DNA of 64,000 bases. Source: Octopus sinensis (lineage: Eukaryota). This document shows, in pieces, positions 26,999-38,959 of the stretch (position 1 is its first letter; every line of letters begins with the position of its first letter). Location: contig NC_042999.1 of NCBI RefSeq assembly GCF_006345805.1, positions 169,508,001 through 169,572,000 of the forward strand, in the 5' to 3' direction. The position numbers and the translations under genes were made by a program. The notes beneath the pieces are model-generated. The model worked only from the letters and a program-made list of their open reading frames with translations. It made no database searches and was not told the DNA's origin.

Positions 26999-27404
26999 TA
27001 CATATATACATATATATGTGTGTGTGTGTATTACAGACATATTTTTACGAATATTTTGTTGGATGGCCGTTGGTTGTTCATGGAGTTTCTTCGCACAAGT
27101 ACACTTTAGGTTAATTAAAATGCTTGTGACACTGAAACTACTGAATATATATATATATATATAATCCATTTTCCATGCCACCATGAGTTAGAGAATACAT
27201 ATCAAGATATTGTTTTGTAGCCAGATGACCTTCCTGTCACTAAGCCTTTCTTGTTTTCTAAGTAAGGGAGTTTTCATTTCAATCATCCTGAAATATACAG
27301 GGCTAAAGGACAGAGTCACCTGAGAAATGCTAATTAATGACACACACACACATACATATATGTATGTGTGTGGGTGTGTGGGTATATATATATATATATA
27401 TATA

Positions 27405-27585
27405 TCAGTTAATTACATTGATCCCAGTGATCATCTGATCATCTGGTATTTATTTTACCCACTCCAAAAGGATAAAAGGCAAACTCAACCTTTGCCGAAT
27501 TTGAATGCAGAACGTGAAGACGGACAAAATGTCACTTAGCATTTTGTCTGGCATCCTTAAAATGCTTCCAGCTAGCTGCCCTTGG
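27405..27585 (-). mobile_element. tRNA-derived SINE (family shared with 37612, 37815, 40665, 50612, 51518)
   Basis: Reverse complement of the head gcagcgagctggcagaat...aaatgctta...ttctgagttcaaatt...tttgcctttcatcc seen at 51518. Confidence 0.7.
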
Positions 27586-27708
27586 AAATGCATGCATGTA
27601 TGTATGTTTGCATGTATGTATGTATGTATGTATGTATGTATGTATGTATGTATGTATGTCTGTATGTATGTATGTATGTCTGTATGTATGTATGTCTGTA
27701 TGTATGTA

Positions 27709-27757
<49 letters not shown>

Positions 27758-27999
27758 ATGTATGTATGTGTGTATGTGTGTGTGTATGCATGTTTGTTTT
27801 TACATCTCCAAAATATTTAACCCTCAACTGAAGGATCGTTAAATACGTTTTAGTGGTGCACAGATTTATTGATTATTCCAATAAAAAAAAAGTTGACAGT
27901 GACTTCGAAGCTTCAGCTTACTGCCCTTCGGCATTTGATAGCCTACATTCATCCCAATTGTATACATGTATTAGAGGAGTTACTTTTCATAATGGTGCC

Positions 28000-28236
28000 A
28001 GTGATGTGTTATAGACACTTGTGCCAGTGACACATATGAGGCACTCGTGCCGGTGACACAAAAAGGGCATCCAGTACAACTGTGGAGTGGTTGGCATCAG
28101 GAAGGGCATTCAGCCATAGGAAACCAAGCCAAAACAGAGTGGAGTCTTGTGCAGCTCCCTGGCTTACTATCTCTACTCAAAATGTCTCATCCATGGAAAA
28201 CAGACGTTAAATAATGATGATGATGATGATGATGAT
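28000..28236 (+). mobile_element. RTE 3' UTR fragment with (GAT)n tail
   Basis: gagtggttggcatcaggaagggcattcagc...catggaaaacagacgttaaataatgatgatgat. Confidence 0.75.
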
Positions 28237-28244
28237 GTGTAATG

Positions 28245-31200
28245 CAGTGGTTCTCAACCCCTAGGAGTCCATGTAAGACTTTTGGTGATTCACACAAGCA
28301 AAATAGTAAATTGGGGGTCAACAGTTTTATTTTCAGTGACCATGAAAAAGTATTCATAGCAAGAAACAGGTTTCTTTCTCTGACGTTTTGCATAATTCAA
28401 CCTACACAAGTTAATGTGTGAGATACAAAATAGGAATTTAGAAAAGAGCATCTATAAAACTAATTTTTTAAACACTGATTGGCTATAAGGATCCATCATC
28501 ATCATCATCGTTCAATGTCCGCTTTCCATGCTGGTATGAGTGGGACGGTTTGACAGAAGCCGGCCAGGCAGAAGCCTGCACCAGACTTCTGCAACTGTTT
28601 TGGCAGGATTTTTACAACTGGATACCCTTCCTAACACCAACCACTTAGCAGAGTGAACTTAATGCTTTTTACGTGGCACAAGTACGGGCGAAGTCAGTTT
28701 TGGCAAGGTTTTTTTACAGATGGATGCCCTTCCAAACACCAACCACTTTACAGTGTGGACTGGATGTTTTTTTTAAGTCACACCTGCACTGACAGGGTCA
28801 CCAAGTAACCTGCAAGACAAAAATCTTTTGAGAGGGGAGGGGGCATTGGTGGAGGTGATCTTGTGTCGGATGATGAAAGGTTATCGTGAGACAGAGAGGT
28901 AGAAACAGGAGTCTTGCTGTAGAAGAGGTACAAGGTTACCCGGCCGGAGAGAAAGAGAAAGAGATATCAGGAATTAAGACAGAAACAGATGCGCTGCCAC
29001 AAAAGAAATACATGGTTACCCATAGTAATGATAGAGAGGAACAGGGCTGTGAGGACAGGTTTAGGGAGTGAGAGGTAGGCATAGTGAATGAAGGTGGAAA
29101 TGTGAGGAAGAGATGTGGAAATGTAGATTGGTTTGTTGCGGTAGGGTGTGTGGAAAGTGTTCTTGTTACATGTGGGTTGGAACACACAGGAAGGGAGCTA
29201 GCAGATAGCAATGATACAGTGGCACGGGGCCATTGGAGAGTGGGAGGTAAGCATAGTGCATGAAGTGGAAGTATGAGGAAGAGGAGAGGTGTAGAGATGT
29301 AACTTGGTTTGTTGTGGTAGAATGCGTGAGAAGTTTTCTTGTTAAGTGTGGGTGGGATATCCAGCGCTTCTAGATCTGTTTCGCTGACGTGGGCAGGTCT
29401 TTTGTTTCCAAACCTGGAATTTCTTCTCCAATTCTGCTAAAGATCCTGCAATAAAAGCAAGGTCATCAGCACATAGCAATTCCCATGGGCACCTAGTTTT
29501 GAATTCCTCTGTTATGGCCTGGAGGACTATAATGAATAACAGTGGGCTGAGAACTGAGCCCTGGTGAGCCCCTACCTGTATGGTAAATTAATTGCTGTAT
29601 TCATGGCCGACTCTCACCCTACTGGCAACACCACTGTACATGGCTTGTACAGCTCTAACAAGCCACTCCTCTACTCCTAACTTTCTTAGAGACCACCATA
29701 TAACAGAGTGGGGAACTCTGTCGAAAGCTTTCTCCAGATCGACGAAGGCTAAGTCCAATGGCTTACTTTTGGCCAAGTACTTTTCCTGCAGCTGTCTCAC
29801 TTGGAAGATGGCATCTGTGGTTCTTTTCCCAGGCACAAAATCAAACTGCATCTCATCGGGTTAAATTCTATTTCTAACCAATTGAGTTATAACTCTCTCA
29901 GTAACTTTCATGACTTGGTTTAGTAGTTGTTTCTATCTAAGTCATCGCCTTTACCCATATAGTAGCTAACTATAATACTACTACACCTGTTATTGGGGAT
30001 TGTGCCTTCCTGAATAACCTAAGTTGTATCCTACACTACCGGAAATTGTAATCCTCACGGCAGTGATTCCTGATGGCCCAGAGGCTTCCCCATGTCCTTA
30101 ATTGCCTTATCTATTATGCTGCTGTCAACTCTGATGGCTGGTCCCACAATTAGTTCGATATTTGGTAGACTCTCCTTCTCCCACTCATTTTCCACATTTA
30201 GTAATCTTTCATAGAGGCACTTCCATGCATCTTTCTTCTCTGAGTCACTAAGAGCAAGCATACCATTATCCATTCGCACATATTTCTCACCCACCACATC
30301 TCTATTCTCTCTTGATACACTACTTTGCAATCCTGAACACCTCACACCTCTGATCCTCACGCTGTAGAACATTTGCAAATCTCTTACCTTCAGCTACTCC
30401 TTTTGCTGCGTATACCTGACGCTTAGCTGTCCCTTTGGCTACCTGATATAATTCTCTGCTTCCACCGTTTTTCCAGTCTTTCCAAGCTTGTCTTTTTGCT
30501 TTTATAGCACTGCTCTACCACCATGTCACCCTTAGTCTAGCTGGGACTCTGCACAAAGCACAGATTTCGTCCGTAGCCCTCAGTAGATTGTCCCACAGGA
30601 ACTTTCAGTTGTCCTCTAAGCTATATGTTCCCAACTCTTCCTCTCTATCGTCAGAAATTTCCATTAGTAAATCTCTAAATTTTTGTCTGTTAGCTGGGTT
30701 GTTGAGCTTCCATAGTTTTCTTTTCCTGATTGGTTTATTTCTCCGGGTCTTTCTAGCTCTAATTCTGAAGTCACTAACTAGCAACCTGTTGAGTTGTACC
30801 CTCTACACCTGGGAAAGACTTTGCATTTTTAAGCATCCATTTATCTCGTTGCCTGGCGAAGAGGTAGTCAATCTGGCTTATGTGCTCACCAGACTCATAA
30901 GTGATTAGGTGGCTGCCTGGTTTTTTGAAGTTAGTGTTGCAGATTATGAGATCGTTTGCATCACAGAACTCCAGCAGTCTTGTTCCCTCGTCATTTCTAG
31001 GTCCAAGCCATAGCTTCATGCACTCCTTGGAATCCATGGAGGTGCTGTCCAACATGTCCACTGAAGTCACCAGTCACAATAACAATGTCTCTGGCATTTT
31101 TCATTGAGGTGGTCTGCAAAAGGACCTCATAGAATTGGTCCTTTTTATCAGTCAGCCCAGATTGAAGACCAGAGGCAGAAACAAATGTAACTGTTAATTC

Positions 31201-31816
31201 ATCTATTATAAGACTCATCTTAATTACCCTCTCACATACTCTGACTACCTCAATTAGCTTATCTACCCACTTTTCTGCTAACAGTATGGCTACACCACCT
31301 ACTCCATCCTTCCTGCCAATCCAGAATTACCCGTGAGAAATCTAGCTGAGGATCCCCTCCAACTTACTTCTTGCACACCACACACATCAATCTCCCCACT
31401 CCATCCTTTCATTGTACTAACATTGATGGTAGTGGCCCTGAAGTTGAGTACTTGTGAGTGGTGGTGGCAAGGTATTCGTGAAAATTTTATCACCTGAACC
31501 GATGATCTGCGAAAAAGGTTGCCAGTTAGCATAGAGCTTTGATACATATTTTACTCAGTGAATTACAATGAATCAGTTTCCCTCCCACATCATCCAATAT
31601 CTAGAGCAAGAGCCAACAAGTGGGTATGAGAATAGAGTGGTTACATAGGGCAGTTTAAGTATTATATGTCTAAATATTTATATATGAGGTACCTTTAACT
31701 GTAAACGACACTCATCAGGGTGCTTGTATGAGTGTGTAAGGGTATAATCAAAATATTCCACCAGAATAAAATAGTAATTAAAGGATCCCTAGATAAAACA
31801 TGGTTGAGAATCACTG
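28245..31816. mobile_element. hAT MITE (about 290 bp native) split by an RTE insertion
   Basis: TIRs cagtggttctcaacc (28245) and ggttgagaatcactg (31802-31816); 8-bp TSD gtgtaatg / gtgcaacg. Confidence 0.8.
28495..31780 (-). mobile_element. Decayed RTE LINE (APE plus RT N-terminal part plus 3' UTR) with 8-bp TSD aaggatcc
   Basis: DVCGVQEVSW, VTGDFSGHVG, NDEGTRLLEFC, SQIDY, MQFDFVPG..TTDAIF, AFVDLEKAFDRVP, QGSVLSPLLF; (GAT)n tail; aaggatcc at 28487-28494 and 31781-31788. Confidence 0.88.
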
Positions 31817-32251
31817 GTGCAACGTTGTAATGTTACCTGTACAGTTACGAGATATTTTTTTAACCCAGATAACGTTGGAAAAGGCACTGAACAGAAATAA
31901 TAATCACTGCTTTATATGATTAACATAAAGCACAATGACTAATGTTCAGTGAAGAAAACATATATCAATCCTTTAGTATTTAAACCAGCCAAATCCAGCC
32001 AATATTCTACCTGTTTTATGTTCAAACCAAACAGATATGGCATCTCAAACCTACCCTACATATCATTCTAAAAGTAAACAACATCATCGAAATCTCAAAG
32101 CTATAAGATGATTGATTCAAAACAATATGAATAAATAAGCATTACATTTGACAGAATAATCTGAATACTAAAGGGTCAGATAAAAATTTCATCACAAATC
32201 CCTCAAAAAATTAATGGAAGTTAACACATTTTAAATGCATATTTTGGAGCT

Positions 32252-32374
32252 TTATTTATTTAAGATGTCTTTTAATGGCAATCCAGATGTTTCTGGCAGG
32301 AACAGAAGTACAACAGAAAATAGTATACATTCAATTCCAAAAATGATAAATGGTATTAATTTTCCTAATTCGTC
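32252..32374 (-). CDS. SLC22 transporter exon 9, terminal (DELGKLIPFIIFG...LFLPETSGLPLKDILNK*); not in ORF track
   Basis: tttctattgtag|GAC acceptor; P-x-x-x-FG and LPET motifs; TAA at 32252-32254. Exon lengths sum to 1548 nt = 515 aa + stop with no frameshift. Confidence 0.93.
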   Translation of the reverse strand, partial: DELGKLIPFIIFGIECILFSVVLLFLPETSGLPLKDILNK

Positions 32375-33087
32375 CTACAATAGAAATTAAGAAAGAAATA
32401 AAAATAATTAATAGATTTTTCTAGAACATTTTCTGTGTTGTAATTTTTTTATACATTGTCATTACATTTGTTTGATCACATGACCAGTCATTCATTAAGT
32501 TAAAACCACATGTTGCCAACCATTCATAATACCAGAACTGAAATCAATCAATCACAGTACTACAATCACATTTGGTTAATCACTCATTGAACTGTAAACA
32601 CAGCCATACATCATATTACACCATCTTGTTGATCAGTCAGTCACAAATACATGAACAAACATTTAACCACACAGAACACCACATCTGGCAAGATATTCCC
32701 AACTTCAGGTCAAATATTCATTTACATCCCTCAAAACATTCAAGATGTATTTCAGCATCCATCAAAAAAGTATTGTTTGGTGGCTAAACATTCAGCCACT
32801 CTATATACATCTAACATATCAAATATTAACTGAAAAGGAGATTTCTATGGAGTAGCTTCACCTAAGAGGAACTTCATTCAGTTCAGTGTTCCCCAGCAAT
32901 ATCATCTTTAAAATAAGGAACATTTTTTTTTTGTCTAAAATCTCAGTCAACCTGTCTCCAAATAACAATCTGAAACAGAGCTGGAAAACAAATAATATGG
33001 TTGATTAACTACCTTCATCTAACCAATCAGCTACAAGAGACTACTAAACAATGGGAAAAAAACAAATTAATAGATTACTATTCCTAT

Positions 33088-33480
33088 CATCATCATCATC
33101 GTTTAGCGTCCGTTTTCCATGCTAGCATGGGTTGGACGGTTCTACTGGGGTCTGTGAAGCCAGAAGGCTTCATCAGGCCCAGTTTGATCTGGCAGTGTTT
33201 CTACAGCTGGATGCCCTTCCTAACGCGAACCACTCCGTGAGTGTAGTCAGTGCTTTTTACGTGCCACCCGCACAGGTGCCAGACAGAGCTGGGAAACGGC
33301 CACGAACGGATGGTGCTTTTTATGTGCCACCGGCACGAGGGCCAGGTGAGGCTGGCAACGGACACGAACAGATGGTGCTTTTTACGTGCCACCGGCACGA
33401 GGCCAGTCGGGGCGGCGCTGGCAACGGTCGTGAAACGGAAGGTTCTCTTACATACCACCGGCACTGGTAACACATCTGCA
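33088..33480 (-). mobile_element. RTE 3' UTR fragment with internal tandem repeats of about 55 bp
   Basis: catcatcatcgtttagcgtccgttttccatgctagcatggg... and repeated atggtgcttttt(a/ac)gtgccaccggcacg units. Confidence 0.85.
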
Positions 33481-33482
33481 AT

Positions 33483-33566
33483 TTCAATTAGACTGAATAT
33501 ATAGAGTGATAGGAATTTCGATCAGAATCGAAATTCCTATCACTCTATATCTTCAGTCTAATTGAA
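33483..33566. repeat. Near-perfect 84-nt hairpin (40-bp arms, 1 mismatch, 4-nt loop)
   Basis: ttcaattagactgaa-t-atatagagtgataggaatttcgat / caga / atcgaaattcctatcactctatat-c-ttcagtctaattgaa. Confidence 0.95.
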
Positions 33567-33870
33567 TTACCCAATGTTGGCCAGGTTTCTGCTGTTCTTA
33601 TTCAGCAAGAAATAGGAAGATATATTTTTTTTCTCATAATTATTTCAAAATGTCTATATTTTATTAAAAATATCCAAATTGTAATAATAATAGAATTTAG
33701 AACTGAAAATCTGTCAATCTTGAAGTACCTCAGGGTAAACAATATTCATTGTGTAATTTTTTGTTGGTGTCCAAATGAATAAATTGTTGCTGCTTCCAAC
33801 TCATGGGAGAAGCATGTAGTAGAGAGATGAAGTCCAACTAAATTGAGGGATTGACCCTGAGATTTGTTAA

Positions 33871-34190
33871 TTAAAATACCAAAACCAAGTTTGACTGGAA
33901 ACTGAAGCGTCTACATCTGTAGACATCTATAGGTATGAGAGGAAATTTTGGAATGAAGACATTTTCTTCTTTGTGATTACCTGTTATGATTGTTGCCTGT
34001 AGGACATGGGGCTTCATGGAAGTAACAATTAAGAGAGTTCCATTACACAAGCAAGGTGTTTCAAGATTCCTAAGCAATATAATGGAAGCATCCAGCTTTA
34101 CTGTCAAGTTATGCAGTGGAGTGAGTTTGAGTGTGTTCAGAAATTCAACAGGGTATTGAACAGCCTGATCTAAAATGTCCTTTACTATCT
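33871..34190 (-). pseudogene. Helitron RepHel PIF1-like helicase fragment
   Basis: YPVEFLNTL...HNLTVKLDASIILLRNL..PCLCNGT.L.V......LQATIITG....E.VFIPKFPLIP matches the PIF1/Helitron helicase consensus (YP.EFLNS...H.L.LKVG.PI.LLRNL...LCNGTRL). Confidence 0.88.
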
Positions 34191-34282
34191 CGTACATATT
34201 GAACACACAACACACACACACTCACAAACACACTCATATATAAAATGTGTTGTCATCATGGTTTAAAATGTCCTTTACTATA

Positions 34283-34612
34283 TATATATTCACATGACCA
34301 GAGCTTTTCACCATATATTATATGACCAGACCTCCACACCATATATTCACATAACCAGATGTCCACCCCATATATTCATATGACCAGACCTCCACCCTAG
34401 ATATTCACATAACCAAACCTCCAAACTATATAGTCATATGACTAGACCTTCACACCATATATTTTTATGACCAGAACACCACAGCATGTATTCACATGAC
34501 CACATCTCCACACCATGTATTCCCATAACCAGACCTCTACACATATGACTAGATGTCCACACCATATATTCACATGACCAAACCTCCAGACCATATATTC
34601 AGATGATTAGTA
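34283..34612. repeat. Minisatellite, unit about 29 bp (catgaccagacctccacaccatatattca), roughly 11 degenerate copies
   Basis: Directly visible; starts about 70 nt into intron 8. Confidence 0.9.
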
Positions 34613-34682
34613 GACCACCATACATTCACCTATCATATAACAAAAGACTAAAATATTCTGTCATCGACAGAAGGTATCTTAC

Positions 34683-34755
34683 CAATGTAAGTATCAACAT
34701 GGCAATAATAGCACCAATACGGGCCATTGTCGAGCAAGCAGCAATGCCGAGAGAC
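34683..34755 (-). CDS. SLC22 transporter exon 8 (RSLGIAACSTMARIGAIIAMLILTL, TM11)
   Basis: cattttag|G acceptor and TTG|GTAAGA donor; 73 nt, phase 2 to 0. Confidence 0.93.
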
Positions 34756-35164
34756 CTAAAATGAAATAGAATAGAATGGTTACAGTAAAGATCCATACAT
34801 ATTCTCATGCCACACATATATACACACATACATAGACACACACACACACACACACACACACACGACATTATAATAAACACAAAACACAGGTTTATATCAT
34901 CTGTTCCTTGTGTACGTTTCATCATTGTGAGTGTTTGGAACAACAGCACTGGATGGTTCAAGTGTAACTGGTTGCTTAACCACAACAGATCATTAGGAGA
35001 ACACTTTATTGCATTATAAATTCAACAGCAGAAACTGTACATCATGCTGTACACACCAAGTATGTATGTATGTATGTATGTGTGTATGTGTGTTTGTGTG
35101 TGCGTGCATGCGTGCGTGCATAGTGTGTGTGTGTATGTACATGTATATGTCAGATCACTTTCAA

Positions 35165-35703
35165 GTGCTACTGGTAACATGTAACCCAGTACAACCTGCT
35201 GCATGGTCTGGCTGTCGGCGACTAAACCGGCAACCCCACCAAGCTTGCTTGGTGAGGAGGGTGTTTATTGGACACCCTGCGGGATAAAAAACAAAACCCG
35301 TCAAAGGGCGGAGGAACTCTTGAGAGTCAACGGCCAGCCAATAAATGTCTTAAGGCTGTATCATGCGCTGGGACATAGAAATAATCGGACTGAATACCCG
35401 ATCGCGCGGTTAAACCATTGGGAGTGAAGGACTCCCAGCCTTTGTCAGGGCATCCTTCTAGGAGAAGGCAACTCAGGTAACTGGGATAACTCCGACATAA
35501 AACCTGCGGCTCAGTGGTTACCGATGATGTTGACTTGTCCTTCTTTTCGGATTATGGCTGCTGTTGCTTAGTGAGTGGGATTGACTCAGTGCACAGCCTT
35601 TCCTCACTTTAAAAAAAATCTTCTTGCATAGGCATTGCACGATAACAACATTGATTAAGCTTCGTGCAATGGCCATACTCGATAACGAAGGGGCAGCCAC
35701 CAT
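35165..35703 (+). mobile_element. Non-autonomous RTE-dependent retroposon with structured 5' region
   Basis: Last 24 nt match the RTE tail at 4615-4638 at 22/24 positions and are followed by (ATGT)n; several short perfect hairpins; no RT coding. Confidence 0.6.
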
Positions 35704-36085
35704 GTATGTATGTGTGTGTGTTTATGTATGTGTGTACATATGTATGTATGTATGCATGCATGCATGCATGCATGTATGTATGTATGTATGTATGTATGTA
35801 TGCATGCATGTATGTATGTATGTATGCATGTAACTATATAGTTTTATTTCAAGATTTCTTGCCAATAGAGAAAGAGCCGGTTTCTAACCTAGATCCAAGA
35901 CTCCTTCATTGGAATTTCAACATCAGCAACAGAGTATTTTTGTTTGTATGTATGTATATGTGCAGATTTCTATGCTTTGTTTTATGCATGTATTCTCATG
36001 CATGTAGTTGCATATCTAGACATGCTCATATATATATATTTAGATGATAAACTTCTTGAATGTTTTACAGATTTTTATAGTTCTA

Positions 36086-36120
<35 letters not shown>

Positions 36121-36239
36121 CATATATATGGATTGATAGATATATATATTATAGCCTCAGGCTGACCAAGGCCTTGTGAGTTGATTTCATACATGCAAAC
36201 AGAAAGAAGACTGTTGTATAATGTATATATTTGTGTGTA

Positions 36240-36585
36240 TACTCTTTTACTTGTTTCAGTCATTTGACTGCGGCCATGCTGGAGCACCGCCTTTTTTTAG
36301 TCGAGCAGTCGAGCCCAGTACTTATTCTATCGGTCTTTTGCCGAACCGCTAAGTGACGGGGATGTAAACACACCAGCACACAAACAACACACATACATCT
36401 ATATATATATAACATATATACGACAGGCTTCTTTCAGTTTCCGTTCTACCAAATCCACTCACAAGGCATTGGTCGGCCCGGGGTATAGCAGAAGACACTT
36501 GCCCCAAGGTGCCATGCAGTGGATGAACCGGAACCATGTGGTTGGTTAGCAAGCTACTTTCCCACAGCCACTCCTGCGCCTATGT
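36240..36585 (-). mobile_element. tRNA-derived SINE
   Basis: Minus-strand head ggcgcaggagtggctgtgg...ccacatggttccggttc...ggcaccttggggcaagtgtcttc; homologous to 12360-12740. Confidence 0.8.
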
Positions 36586-36870
36586 GTGCATGGTGTGGTG
36601 TTTGTACCCCAAAAATTGCTTGACGACAGGTGTTACTATGTTTACGTATCCTCTTAACTTAGCAATTCAGCAAAAGACATGGATAGAATAAGTACTAAGC
36701 TTACAAAGAATAAATCCTATGATTGATTTGATCGACCAACAGCAGTGTTCTTGCATGTCTGAAGTTTCATGACTGAAACCAGTGAAACAATAAAAAAAAA
36801 CTATGCCATTTGAATCCCAAGCAAGGCCAGGTGTCTTCGCCAGAGTGTGATGTGTGTGTATGCATATGTG

Positions 36871-36920
<50 letters not shown>

Positions 36921-36946
36921 TTAAATGTTATGATGATGATGATATG

Positions 36947-36992
<46 letters not shown>

Positions 36993-37309
36993 CACAAATA
37001 TATTTATGTGCAACAGAAGCAGCAGCAAAATAGCCTTCTGTGAATTATTTAATGCTAATTGCAAATACACCAAAAAAAAGGCAAATTAACTGCAGTATTG
37101 ATCCGGAGATAATATCTATTATAGAATAAACAACCTGTGCGTAAAACATAAATATATAGTTAGCATTAGTGGCAGTGACGATACTAGATGCACATTTCTG
37201 CCTCATTGGGCTTTGTCAGTAGCATGTACTCTCTACAGGATCTTCATCTGCTACTCACATATTTGTATTATATGTAAAAAAAAGAAACCACTTCACAAAC
37301 CACACTTAC

Positions 37310-37430
37310 CTGACAACTGTAGGAAACATCTCAGCTGTTAAAACTTGTAAAGCAGCCCATGCACCTGTTCCTGTAGATTTAGCTAATGTGATAATAACTG
37401 TTATTACTGTCTCGTAATTGCTAGCAGTTT
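37310..37430 (-). CDS. SLC22 transporter exon 7 (ETASNYETVITVIITLAKSTGTGAWAALQVLTAEMFPTVVR); not in ORF track
   Basis: tttacag|AA acceptor and AG|GTAAGT donor; 121 nt, phase 1 to 2; E-[LM]-F-P-T-x-x-R signature. Confidence 0.95.
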
Positions 37431-37611
37431 CTGTAAATAATAACAATTACATTCTGTAATACTACATTATCACTGCAGATGGTCAGTGAAAGAGAAGCAG
37501 TCGTAAATGCAAGTAATAATATGGGATGAGAAGTATTTTTTAGTTTTACTGGGAGTAACATTACACACCTGTTACTCCTCCAGTAAGAGTGCTAGGTATT
37601 AATATTGTTTT

Positions 37612-38012
37612 CAAATTTTAACACTAGGCCAGTAATTTCAGGGAAGAGGGATAGTCAGTTACCAGTACACAACTGGTACTTATTTTAATGATCCCAAAAG
37701 GATGAAAGACAAAGTTGACCATGACGGAACTTGAACTCATAATATGAATACAGTTGAAATGCTGCCCAGCACAGAAACAATTCTGCCAGCTGGCCACATT
37801 CACAAGAAACAGCAGCAAGCTGGCAGAATCGTTAGTACACCGGGCAAAATGCTTAGCAGTATTTCATCCATCTTTACAATTTGAGCTTGAATTCTGCTGG
37901 GGTCAACTTTGTCTTTCATCTTTTCAGGGTGGATAAATAAGGACCAGTTGAGCCCTGGGGATTGATCTGATTAACTTAAACTCTCCTTACTGGCCTTGTG
38001 CAAAAATTTGAA
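37612..38012. mobile_element. Head-to-head inverted pair of tRNA-derived SINEs (37612-37800 minus, 37815-38012 plus)
   Basis: attctgccagct...gctggcagaat heads lie about 20 bp apart; bodies are mutually complementary. Confidence 0.75.
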
Positions 38013-38071
38013 ACCAATATTAATAACATAAAATAAGTAATACAAGTGATACTCAAGGATTATCATGTATA

Positions 38072-38569
38072 CCGTAAATCCTCGAGTATAATCCGCATTT
38101 TTCCCCAAAAATTTAAAGGCCAAAATCCCTAGTGCGTACTATACACAAGGTTAAAAATGAAAATTATTTTCTAAGCAATGTCCGAGTCTCTATTTGCTGT
38201 CCAACAATGTTGATTCAGACGCATTTTGTGATGTCAAGTGCGAAAATACCTTAAGCTAAGCCTGAAAGCAATGAAGTCACAAAAGAATCACCCATAACTT
38301 GCAATAAGCAACATTTATTAAACGTTATTTCTGTTATTTCTTTATTTTCTGCAAACAAAATGCACAAAAAAGCTACACGTTTGCATTATGTTATATATAC
38401 AGTAATAATAAAGGACGTTTACAAACCAAGGACGGTATATAGACCTCCTTGACTCAAGTTAGAGAAGGAGTGCGTATTATACAAAAGGTTTAGGTTTTTC
38501 AGAGCTACAACCCCCTAAAAATCCCCTGCGTATTATACTCAAGGGTGGACTATACTCAAGGATTTATGG
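38072..38569. mobile_element. pogo/Tigger-type (Tc1/mariner superfamily) MITE
   Basis: TIRs ccgtaaatcctcgagtata / tatactcaaggatttatgg (2 transition differences), TA TSD on both sides. Confidence 0.85.
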
Positions 38570-38687
38570 TACATACAAGCAAAATGATAGCAGCTACTAT
38601 AAAACAAATTGAAACATATATGTTATAAACAAAGATTGCCTTGAAAGAAAGGTGGGAAAAAGTAGCCAAAGCAGTTTTCATTGTGGT

Positions 38688-38931
38688 TGTTAAAGATGAT
38701 GATGTTTAACGGCAGCAGAACTCTAATGAAATAGAACAATGATCAAAGACATATCAACAGTGCTCATCCAGTATTTTAGAGATACCCAAGAATAAATTAT
38801 CCAATGTGTGTGTTAAGATGATTATGTTTAACAGCAGCAGAAACTCTAATGAAATAGAACAATGATCAAAGACATATCAACAGTGCTCATCCAGTATTTT
38901 AGAGATACCCAAGAATAAATTATCCAATGTG
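38688..38931. repeat. Tandem duplication, unit about 123 bp
   Basis: aagatga...gcagcagaactctaatgaaatagaacaatgatcaaagac...aataaattatccaatgtgt occurs twice. Confidence 0.9.
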
Positions 38932-38959
38932 TCCTTTGCCTTTTTAGAGGAGTAGCAGA

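Noticed and set aside
33497-33550. Hairpin arm (ttcctatcactctatat) superficially like a tet operator
   Set aside because: Only a partial match and the symmetry differs; no vector or bacterial context.
34283-34612. CRISPR-like look of regularly spaced repeats (also 48060-48640)
   Set aside because: Units are contiguous degenerate minisatellites without unique spacers; eukaryotic context and no cas genes.
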